A stretch of DNA of 64,000 nucleotides from Azolla caroliniana (taxonomy: Eukaryota; Plantae; Polypodiophyta), in the NCBI GenBank assembly GCA_043228905.1, contig JBHGNT010000022.1, forward strand, positions 6,324,001-6,388,000. The letters are read 5' to 3'. The notes below the pieces were generated by a model. The model was not told where the DNA came from. It searched no databases and worked only from the letters and a program-made list of their open reading frames with translations. A program made the position numbers and the translations under genes. The first letter of the stretch is position 1. Every line of letters starts with the position of its first letter. Shown here one piece after another: positions 23,483 to 35,200 of this stretch.

Positions 23483-26400
23483 TGTAAAAGATTATGTGTG
23501 GAAGCAATAGGAAACCGAACACAGAGAAAATACGCAGGTTTAATGGAGAGCTTGAATATACACAACACGCGGGAGAGATAGAGAGAGAACACACAGAACT
23601 CAATTCCGGTGATGACTAGATCATCAACATACAACAGTATACATACCGGACCGGCTGAGCCTTGCTGGATGAACAATGAAGAGTCCGATTTGGAGACCAC
23701 AAACCCCATCTTAGGCAACCGGTGCGTGATCTTCACATTCCAAGCTCGAGGGGCTTGCTTCAGGCCATACAACGACTTCTTCAGCCGGCATACCGCCGAC
23801 TTCTTCATCTCCGATTCAAAGCTGGGGGGCTGAGTCATAAAGACTTCTTCTTCAAGATCACCCTGAAGAAACGCATTCTTCACATCCATCTGGTGAAGAT
23901 GCCACCCCCTTGCTGCAGCAACCGCCAGCACCACACGAACCGTCGTCATCTTCGCTATAGGAGCGAAGGTCTCATTGTAGTCAATTCCGTGGGTCTGCGC
24001 ATATCCCTTCACCACTAACCGGGCTTTATACCGGTTAACAGAACCGTCGGTGTTGTACTTTACCTTGTATATCCACTTGCATCCGATCGGTTTACAGTGA
24101 CGAGGAGGGTCAACCAGTTCCCATGTCTCATTGACATCAAGTGCCCGCATTTCTTCCTCCATAGCGGCACGCCAATTTGCGTCCTTGGCCGCTTTTGCGT
24201 AGCTCTCCGGCTCACGCACTTCCGCCACCTTAGTCATGTACGCATAGTGATGCGCCATGTACTCATTGTACCCGTACCGCTTGATGGGATCCTTCTGGCG
24301 GGTGGACCGACGTAACTCACTGTTACCCGGTTTGAGGCCCTTCTTGGCCGGTTCGGTCTTCGCTGCCGAAGATCCGCCTTTCTCCTTGCTGGAGTCGGAT
24401 GCACATTGATCCGACTCATCGTTGCCGGTTTCGAATTTCGACATCTTCTTCTTCCCCTTCTCTTGGCGCGTGAACCGTCGCCTCGGTTCCTTGCGCGGGG
24501 AGTGCACGACAGAGTTTGCACTACTCACTGGTTCCTCATCGGACTGGTCAGATTGACTCAGTCTCTCGTTTGGCCCACTCAACCGGAACGATTCCGGACT
24601 CTCATCCTGAGTCCGCGCTTCATCATCCTCTACCTGGGCCGGTTTAGGATCACTAGCCTCATCCACCGGCATCGGGTCAGATTCGGAAGTCGGAGTCGGT
24701 AAGGAGTACCACGATGCTAATTCATCAAACTCGACATCTCGACTAACTCGGACCTGCCTTGTCCGGGGGTTATAACACATATAACCTTTTTGCTCTTGAG
24801 CATAGCCGATTAGGATGCATTTTTCCGATTTTGCATCCAATTTCCTCCGCTTCTCTTCCGTTACATGCACATATGCAATCTACCGAAGATCTTAAGGTGT
24901 CTCAAATTCGGCTTGCGTCTGAAATACAGCTCGTGAGCTGACACCTTGTCACCGATCCGGTTCTGGATGTAGACAGCCGTTCGGACTGCCTCCGCCCAGT
25001 AGAATTTGGGCATGCTCTTCTCCTCCAACATTGCCCTCGCCGCATCAATAAGAGACTGGTTCTTCCTCTCGGCAACACCGTTCTGTTGCGGTGTATATCT
25101 GCAGCTAAACTCTCACCGAATTCCCGTTTGCTGCAAATAACTGTTGAATTGGCCGAAAAAGTATTCTTTCCCGCCATCCGACCGCAGGCCTTTGATCTTC
25201 CTCTCCGATTCCCGTTCCACCATGCTTTGGAGACTCCGGAAACACTCGAAGACTTCACTCTTCCACTCATTGAGGTAGATCCATGTGTGCCGCGTATAGT
25301 CGTCGATGAAGGAGACGAAATATCGACTCCTGCTAAGACAAACATTCCGTGTCGGTCCCCACACATCCGAATAGATAAGGTCGAGCTTGTTACGACTCCG
25401 GTTACGTTCGGTGGGGAATGGAAGCTGGTGTTGCTTCCCGAGTTGGCAGGCTTCACATACTTGGGCCTTCCGACCACTAAACTTCAGCAATCTGAAAACA
25501 ACTTGTTTCGTTTGCAGGTCTTGAAGCCTCCGATAATTGACATGGCCTATCCGCTTGTGCCACAGGTCGATGTCCAATTCGACCTTCGGTCCTTTTGCAA
25601 ACAGAGCGGTGCCGACGTCATTGGTGTCGAGGATAAACATCCTCCTGTCTGTGCGCCCTTGTGCAATAATCTGGCCCTCTTCCTCAATGAAGCACCCGAG
25701 GTGTGTAAACCGCACCTGCATCCCTTGGTCGACGATCTGTCCGACCGACACCATGTTCTTCGTGATCGTCGGAACGTGTAATACGTTCATCAGCTTCCTC
25801 TTCTGTCTGACGTGGTTCAAAGGGACTTCTCCGACGTGCACAATTGGGTGAGGAGTGTCGTCTCCGGTTTCGACTATTCCTGGTTGATCCGGTTTCTCCA
25901 AAAAGGAGAACCACTCTTTGTGGTTCATCATGTGGTTCGACACACCGGAATCAACATACCACACTTCCTCCAATTTGGAAGTGGTCTTCTTCATCAAGTT
26001 CGCCTCGTGCTTCATCACCAAGGCTGGCCCGTTACCGTTCCTGGATCCTCCCGATCCCTTCGCGTAGTGCGAGCTTTGCCAGCCATCCTTGCCGGCCTTG
26101 CCGGATCCGGATTTGTCCGAATCGGCGCGTTTTCTCTAGCACTTGCTTTCTCTTTGGCCCTTTTTGCCACAGTACCAACATTCTGTTGCAGATTTGTCTT
26201 GCTGGCCTCCGGCACCGCCTTGACTCCCCCTGCCTGTGGAAGTCCCGGAACTGCTATCAGCACGTTCTCTATGCCTTAGTTCTTGCTCTTGGCGGCCTTC
26301 GTGTACAACATTCGACTGTCAATGGGTGCTCTAGTTGACGCACCGGCGTGGTTCTCCTCTACAAGGAGCATCGATTGTAAGTCGAAAAATGACGGCGTAT

Positions 26401-27563
26401 TCTCCCTTGTACACACTGCCATTCGGAATGCTATGAACTTAGATGCCAGGCCCCCAAGACAGACCTGTACCATCTCGTCTTCCTCTACGGTAACGTTGAT
26501 AGAGGCAAGCAAGTCACAGATCTCTTTGATCTGGGCCCTGTAATCCGCCACCGACATGTCCTTCTATCGGACATTGCTCAACTCCTGTTGGAGTTGCAGC
26601 TTCCGGGCTGTTGTGCTCGTGGTGAACACCTTCTTCAGGTTCCCCCAAGCCTCCTTCGGCGTCTTGGCGTCTTGGATGTGGCTCAGTAGCTGGTCTCCGA
26701 CACTGGACGCGAAGCAGTACATCACTCTACTTGCCAATTGTTCCCACACTAGGAAGTCCTTATGTGCCACATCAGGTGCTATTTCACTAGCTCCTTCGAC
26801 GAAACTCCAGTAGCCATGCCTAAGCAGGTACTGGTGCATCTTATAAGACCAAGATGCATAGTTGGATCTGTCGAGTTTCTCCACAGGGAGTGAGCTAGCC
26901 ATCCCTTTATCCATCACTTCTCTGTCTTTTGTTTTACGACCCGTTAGGGTTTTCTTTCAAGCGTTCGTCAGTTGCAGAGGAGGTTCTCAACCCTCGCGCT
27001 CTGATACCATGTAAACGATTACTTGCGGAAGCGTTAGAAAAACAGAGAAATTAGGGAATACACAGAGTACCCGGGAGAGATAGAGAGAGCAGAACCTCAA
27101 AGCTATATTCAAAAATATATAAAACACTCTATCATTACAACTATGCTCAGTAGAATTATTTATACAAGTCCTCGTGGGACTGACAGAAGTACTGCATACT
27201 TCAATGCTCACACGAGCATCTGACACTTACCACGAGACTATAATTGCCTAGTAGTCTACACTAGTAGTAGGCTTCCGGTTACTAATTGGTTCCGGCAAAC
27301 CGGCTCCCCAGCTCACAAGCTTTGTTGCTTGCCGGCTCGGTTGCTCACAACTTACTGATCCGTCTCGCTTGCCGGCTCAGGCTTATTCAGCCGATCCGGC
27401 TCCAATTGAGCTTGCCGCTCAACAGCCTCTCGTTACGCACCGGTTTGCGTATCGGTTTACGCATCCATTTTACACACCGGTCTGGCCTAACCGATCGGTC
27501 CCAACCGATCCGGTTCTCGGCTTGCATAGCCGATCTGGCCAATGTTGAGCTTGTATTTCAACA
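23483..27563 (-). mobile_element. Copia element B: LTR 27010-27563, PBS, gag-PR-INT-RT; deleted from RT into the 3' LTR (remnant 23483 to about 23603)
   Basis: PBS 26998-27009; gag KLDRSNYASWSYKMHQYL; WYVDSG; RSDGGKEY; LLYVDDLVITG fused directly to LTR-end sequence. Confidence 0.88.
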
Positions 27564-30500
27564 CTCCCCCTCAAGCTCAACTGGAGGTTCCATCTGCTCT
27601 TCCGGATCTGTGCTCTGGTTCCTTCTGGCTTCATGCCTCGCTCGCGCTCCTCGACCTGTTCGATTCCGCGCGCCTCGACCCTTCCGGTCGGCTTGTCTGC
27701 TCACATGGCCTTTCTCAGCTTCCTTGCTATTGCGGTGTTGGCGCCTCTTCTGCTGCCTTCTCTTCCGCTTGGCCCTTGGTTGATTCAGCGTATCTGAATC
27801 AAACATCTGAACCGACTCGGCTTCCTCCGATCGGTTTTCGCTCTCGTCCGAGTTGGCTGTCTCCAACTCATCTTCGGTCTTCTCGCCCTTGATGGCTTCG
27901 TCTCCCCCACACTTGGTTGGTTTCGACTCTTCCTTTCGACTGCTCCCCTTATGTCTGCTTTCAGACTTTTCCGCGGATCCGCCCTCGGCTTCTTCAGCGG
28001 ATCCAAAATCAAATTCGTCATCCGACTCGGTGTCACGGTCTTCGTCTTCCGGAACTTCTCTCCCTCTTCCGTGGTCATTCGGGACGTCTCTCCCCCTCAA
28101 GTTTGGCACGTCGAGGTGACGCAACCAAAGAGCACCCGAGAATTGTCGCAACTTGTCCAGACCAAGAGGCTTGGTGAAGATGTCAGCGTTCTGCCAATCC
28201 GTCAGAAAATACCGAATGTCGACTTCACCGGAGAGTAGGCGCTCGTGGACAAAATGATAGTGCACCTCAATGTGCTTAGTCCGGGCGTGGAAAACGGGGT
28301 TCTTTGCGAGCTGGATGATGCTGAGGTTGTCGCAGTAGATTGGCGTTGGATCGGATCTCTACCTGCAAATCCTTAAGTAGCCGCTTCAACCATATGGCTT
28401 CGCATGTCGCGACAGCCGCTCCTCTGTACTTGGCTTTGGTGCTCGACAGTGCAACTGTCGACTGCTTCTTGCTACTCCACGCGATCGCGGCACTCCCAAG
28501 AGAGAACGGGAAACCGGACGTGGATCGGCGATCGCCGGCGTTTCCGGCCCAATCATCATCGGTGTAACCGACCAACTGCACAGTAGAATCGGTCTGATAT
28601 AATAGCCCCCGGTCCTTAGTGCCGCTTACGTATTGTAGTACGCGTTGCGCACACTGAAGGTGCTCCTCGGTATGTCGCGCCATAAATTGACTAATCACCC
28701 CGACCGGGTAGCTGAGATCTGGTTGAGTGATGGTCAAGTATATAAGGCTTCCGACTATCTATCGGAACCTCGTCGGGTTGCATACCTTTCTAGACTTGGG
28801 GCGAAGCTTGACAGTTCTATCAAGATGAGTCGAGACGGACCTACAGTCGGCCATCCCGAATTTGAAGAGCATACTCAGCACGTAATGCCGTTGGCTGATC
28901 AGTATGCCTTTGGGGGTACGGATCACTTCGATCCCGAGGAAGTAATGAAGGTCCCCCAGATCCTTCACGTTGAATGATGTCGCGAGCTGGAGCTTCACGC
29001 GGTCTATCTCACCTAGGTCGGTGTCGGTGATGACCAAGTCATCAACATAAAGTAAAATACTAACCGGCCCGAGTCGACCTTTTCGGATGAACAGTGAGGA
29101 GTCCGATTTTGACATCGCAAAGCCCATCCGACGCAATCATTGCGTGATCTTCGCGTTCCAAGCACGCGGGGCTTGCTTTAGTCCGTAAAGGGACTTCTTC
29201 AATTGGCACACCGCCGAAGTGTTCGTTCCGGAGTGAAATCTAGGGGGCTGTAGCATGTACACCTATTCCTCAAGCTCACCTTGTAGGAACGCATTTTTTA
29301 CATCTATCTGATGTAAGTGCCACCCCTTTGCCACAGCTACCGCGAGCAAAACACGGACGGTCGTCATCTTCGCGACCGGCGCAAACGTCTCATCGTAGTT
29401 GATGCCATGTTACTGCATGTAGCCTTTCGCTACTAATTGGGCCTTGTATCGGTTGACGGAGTCGTCAGTGTTGTACTTTACCTTGTACACCCACCTACAT
29501 CCAATTGGCTTCAGACCTTTCGGTGCGTCAACCAGGTCCTGGGTTTCCTTTTCGGCCAGTGTGCGTATCTCTTCCTCCATTGCGGCACGCCAGTTTGCGT
29601 CTTTCGCCGCTTCTGCGTAGCTCTCCAGCTCACGCACTTCCGCTACAAGCGTCATGTACGCATAGTGATGTGCCATGTACTCATTATAACCGAACCGCAC
29701 AACTGGGTTCTTTTGGCGGGTAGATCGGCGTAATTGCTCATTAGCCGATGTTGAGGCTTTCATGGCCGACGCGGACTTTGCTCTCAAAGACCCGTCGTCA
29801 CTTCCCTCAGAGTCGGACTCGCGTCGATTCGACTTGTTCCTATCCGTGCCGTAATCCGACACCTTCTTCTTCCCTTTTTCTTTGTGCGTAAGCTGTCTCC
29901 TCGGCTTCCTGCGCGGGGAATGCACAACCGAGTCTCCACTACTCGTCGGCTCTTCATCGGACTGGTTGAACTGACTCAGTCGTCCATTCGGTCCGCTTAA
30001 CCGAAACGAGATCAGACTCTCTTCGCGGGTCCCGATTTCAGGCTCATCCGGAGGCACCTCGGCCTCACTGACCTCATCATCAGAACTCGGATTGGAGATG
30101 AGGTCCGGAGTCGGAGGCAAGTACCAGGACGCGGACTCGTCAAACACAACGTCGCGACTCACACGCGCTTGTTTGGTGCGAGGGTTATAGCACTTATAAC
30201 CCTTCTGCTCGTTCGAGTAGCCGACCAAGATACACTTCTCAGCTTTCGCGTCCAACTTCCTCCTTTTCTCTTTTGGCACACGCACATATGCAATACTACC
30301 GAAAACTCTCAAGTGTCGGAGATTCGGCTTCCTTCCGAAATACAGCTCATACGCCAACACTTTTTCTCCGATCCGATTCTGGATGTATATCGCGGTTCGT
30401 ACCGCCTCGACCCAATAGAACTTGGGCAAGCTCTTTTCTTCTAGCATTGCCCGTGCTGCTTCCACAATCGACCGATACTTCCTCTCGGCCACGCCGTTTT

Positions 30501-32222
30501 GCTCTGGCATGTATCTACAACTGAATTCGCGCCAAATTCCCATATGTTGCAGATAGCCGTTGAATTGACCGGAAAAGTACTCTTTTCCGCCATTTGACCA
30601 TAGGCACTTGATCTTTCATCCTGTTTCCGTTTCCACGAACCCTTTGAGGTCCCGGAAACAGTCGAAGACTTTGCTCTTCTTCTTGATGAGGTAGATCCAC
30701 GCATGTTGCGTATAGTCGTCGATGAAGGAGACGAAATATCGACTCCCGCCAAGACTAACATTCTGTGCCGGCTCCCATACATCGGAATGTGTCAGGTCGA
30801 GCTTGTTCCGGCTCCGGTTATGCTCGTTAGGGAAGGGAAGTTGGTGTTGCTTCCCTAGCTGGCAAGCTTCACAAATTTGTGCCTTCCGGCCACTAAATTT
30901 GGGCAATCCGAACACCACCTGTTTCGATTGCAGGTCCTGAAGCCATTGATAGTTGACGTGACCTATCTGCTTGTGCCATAAGTCGATATCCGACTCGACT
31001 TTCTGTCCTTTCGCGAATATTGCGATGCCACCATCACTAGAGTCGAGGATAAACATCCTCCCGTCTCTGCGCCCTTGCGCAATAACTCGGCCTTCTTCCT
31101 CGATGAAGCACCCGAGATGCGTGAATCGGACTTGCATCCCCTGGTCGACGATTTGCCCGACCGACACCAGGTTCTTTGTGATTGTCGGGACGTGTAACAC
31201 ATTCATGAGTTTCCCTTTCTACTCGACATGGTCAGGGGAACTTCATCGACATTCGCGATCGGATGCGGAGAGTCGTCTCTGGTTGCGACTACTCCCGGTT
31301 GCATCGGTTTCTCAAGGTATGAGAACCACTCCTTGTGGCACGTCATGTGGTTTGATGCACCGGAGTCGACGTACCACACCTCGTTCGATTTCGGGGCGAA
31401 CTTCTTCATCGAGTTCGTTTCGTGTCTCGTCACGAAGGCTGAACCTTCTCCGAAACGTTCGGCGTAGTGCGATTTCTGCCAACTACCCTTGTCGGTTTTT
31501 CTGGAACTTGATCTAGACCCAGTTCTCTCCGAATCGGCGCGCTTTTTCCAACACTCGCTCTCCCTGTGACCTTTCTTGCCACAATACCAGCATTCTGCGG
31601 CGGATTTCCCTTGCCGATTCTCGTCGCCTCGACTCCCCCTGTTTCCGGAGGGTCCGGAATTGCTGTCGGCATCACTTCGGTGCCTTCTTCCTTGATCCTG
31701 TCAGCCGCCTCCATTGCGCACCGACTCGCCTCGTCCACCACGACCACGGGGCCTATCTCCCTCCGTGTACAACATCTTGCTATCGGCATGCGTGCTCGTC
31801 GACACACCCGCGTGGTTCTCCTCTATAAGGAGCATCGACTGTAAGTCGGAAAACGATGACGTATTCTCCCGTGTACACACAACAGTTCGGAACGCTCCGA
31901 ACTTCGACGCCTATCCCCCGAGACAGATTTGCACCATCTCGCCTTCCTCGACGTTCACATCGATAGAGGCTTGAGAGTCGCATATATCTTTGATCTTCGA
32001 GGTGTAATTAGCCACCGACAAGTCGCGTTGTCGTAAATTGCTCAGCTCTTGTTGGAGTTGAAGCCTCCTGGCTATGGTGCTTGCGGCGAAGATCTTCTTC
32101 AGATTTCCCCAAGCATCCTTTGGCGTTTTCGCATCCCGAATGTAGCTTAGGAGTTGTTCGCCCACACAAGACGCTAAGTAGTACAATACTCTGCTCGCCG
32201 ACTGTTCCCAAGTTGGGAAAAG
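27010..32222 (-). mobile_element. Copia element A: 5'-truncated gag through RNase H, 3' extension and PPT, ending in the LTR shared with B
   Basis: Gag 31911-32186; INT 29410-30543; RT YVDD 28759-29136; RNase H about 28100-28737; PPT TTGAGGGGGAG 27564-27574. Confidence 0.88.
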
Positions 32223-35200
32223 ACTGACCTATTGGTAATGTTGCATGTAGTAAAAGCCATTTGAAGAGAATCTATTTTGTTGGTCCACTAAAAGACCAAA
32301 TCCATTTCCAATAAGCCTTCAAATGATTGCTTGAAACACCCCACTTATTCCATTTCTTTTGAGCCGCAGGAGTTGGAATATTCTTAGACATGAGTAACGT
32401 TCTACCAAATTTCAGAGTATACTGAAAGAACAGAACTTTCTTCATTGGATCCATCATGGGACTAGTCCAAAACCATCCCCTTGGGTTCCACATCAGCTTA
32501 TTAACTGGTTGTTGTGCATATAACCAAAGCATATGCCACAAATGAGCTATTGACAGTTGTGGATCCAAGAGCCATTTCTTACCAGTTTTGGCAATCACCC
32601 TAACTGGAACAACGAGTAGGCTTTGTAGTAAATTATCAGAGGGTGTATAAGGCTGCAATTTATTATCCAGTTGAATATGGAAATAAAAAATACACTCGTC
32701 TGTAGAAATTCCTTTAACAAAGAGCATAATGTCATTCGTAAGGCAACCAAACCACATATGTTCATGCATTGGCTGAAATCGCGCTGAGGTCTATGAGAAG
32801 GCCGCTGAAATATCCATGATCATTTTCTTAACCCCATATATCGAGTGTAACTGCTTAAGCCAATCCACTTCTGGCATCTGTTGAAAATGAATCCAGGATC
32901 CTACTGATGTTGTTGGCCCATTGTCAACTTTTCCCCATGCAAGACGAGGTCTAAGGCCTAATACATTTCCAATAGAATCCTAGACGAGAGAATTAGCCAA
33001 AAGTGGTTGATTCATCCAACCATCCCACGTGTTAGGGATCCTCTTGCGTAAAAAAATCTTGATTACATTCCATGCTTTGACGATTCCTAGAAGAAACCTA
33101 TTGAATGTTAGATTCCGTCTTGGTGTCTGTACATCTGTCAAGAACATCCATTTCAAAGAAGGCAACCAGTTTCCTCCTGTCTTGGGAGATAATTGCATCA
33201 GCTGATTAAGCAACATACCCTTCCATGCCTCTGTCCCTGGCAACAACCCTCTGACTACAAATGTTGTCAAGAGAGCTCGAGATTGTATCAAGGGATCTAT
33301 TAAAGCCAAACCTACTTGACTTTTTGGCCTAATCAAAACATCCCTTGCCACCTTGGCCACTACACGAGACCCATTTTTTCCACCCTAGAGGAAGTTGCAT
33401 ATGAGGCTTTGAACTTTCATGATTGCCGACCTATAGAACAACCAAGCAGATGCGATAAACCACATTGAGGCCAGCAACACCGAATTTGCAAGGGATAACT
33501 GTTGCGAGTCCCAATATACCAACTTATGCTTAATTGATAATAGCAATGGTGATAGCATCACTTTCGATGGTAAATCTATACCAACAAGACAACCTAAGTA
33601 ACGAATGGGCTCCCCATGATTTAGCCAACGGAACGCCGGGCCTAGATACCACTCTGGACGCGGTTCATCATTGACCCAAAGGCCTACATATTTATTCCAA
33701 TTGAGAGAGGCTCCAGTAGCATCTAAAAATATCTGTAAAGCATTCTGTACCCGATCAAGATTAGCAACATCTCCGCGAATATAAAGAGAAGTGTCATCCG
33801 CAAACTCAGCATCAAGAACTATCGAGTTTGCAATAGGTAAGGCTATTGCTTGGATAGTCGCCATTGAGGATCTAAGAAAAGATGATAGAGCTTCCCCAAA
33901 TAAAATGAAAAGAAATGGTGCTAATGGACAACCTTGTTGAATAGATCTGGAAATTGGAAATAATGTACCATTGCCTCCAGAAAATAGAACCGAGCTAGAA
34001 GCATGTCTATATAATGCAAACACACCTTTTATCCATGCACTTGGAAACCCTAATCTTAATAGAACTGCCTCTAGAAAGTCCCAATCTACTTTATCATATG
34101 CTTTCTCAAAGTCTAATAATAGTATAGCAAGGGAGTGTTTGTGATGTTGAGCCAATGCAATCATCTCCCAAAAAAGGAAGATATTGTCAAAGATGCTTCT
34201 GTCTTGAAGGAATCATGATTCTGTATCATGTATAATCGAGGGAAGCAGCGGTCGCATTCTATTGGCTATAGTCTTTGCTACTATTTTATAGATGTCCTTA
34301 AGCAAAGTTATTGGATGCCATTTTGAGATTTCATTACATTGAGCATCTTATTTCAGAATCATGTATATGATTCCTTTTGTCCATTCATCAGGCATATTCC
34401 CTATTGAGAAAATTAAATTAACTGCTCTTGTAAGAATAGGCCCCAACAAGTCCAAGTAATGCAAATAGAATACCACTCCTATGGCATCCTTTCCAGGACA
34501 CATATTTACCCAAGGATTTAGCCATTGTCTAGACTTTAGTGTTTGTAAATGGTTGAAGCAACTGGGAAGCCATTACATGAGTGACCTTCTGTTGTACTAT
34601 TTCTAGTACAAGTTGTCTCTTATTAAGATCTTCCTCTAAAAAGGATTTAGCAAATAACAACTAATGGTAATATGTCGTAGCTATGTCCCGCATCTCAGAA
34701 TCATCCGTTTTATAAGAGCCATCAAGTCGTTTTAGGGTTTTGATAGATAGTGTTTTATACTTTTGTTTAAATTGATTGAAAAACTCCATGTTAACCCTAT
34801 CTTGCTTCTATGACCAAGAAGTTGTATTACGCTAGTAGAAATACAAGCCTCTCGCATGTTGCTTTTCTTTTAAAATGCTTTTTACTTGTAACTCCGAGAG
34901 CAACATAGGTGAGGTTGGGTATTTTTCCAATAACTTTTGTGTTGCTGCCAATGCTCGACGCAAATTAGAAATTTGTGCATTGCATCGATCAATTGAAGAG
35001 GCAACTATGTTTATGAAGAAGCTCTTGACATCAAGGATAGCTTAAGTGATATCTCTGAGTAGAAAGGCATAAGAGAAGCTATACTTAGACCAGATTTGAG
35101 CTATAGAAACTCTATGATTTTCATCAGCAAGCAATGAGGTCGGGATATGGAATTGTTTAAGATAGGATCTTTTGGTGAATACAATGTTTAACTTCAATGG

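Noticed and set aside
27558-28100. env-like ORF (Sirevirus type)
   Set aside because: No hydrophobic transmembrane segment, and it is fused in frame to RNase H rather than being a separate ORF.
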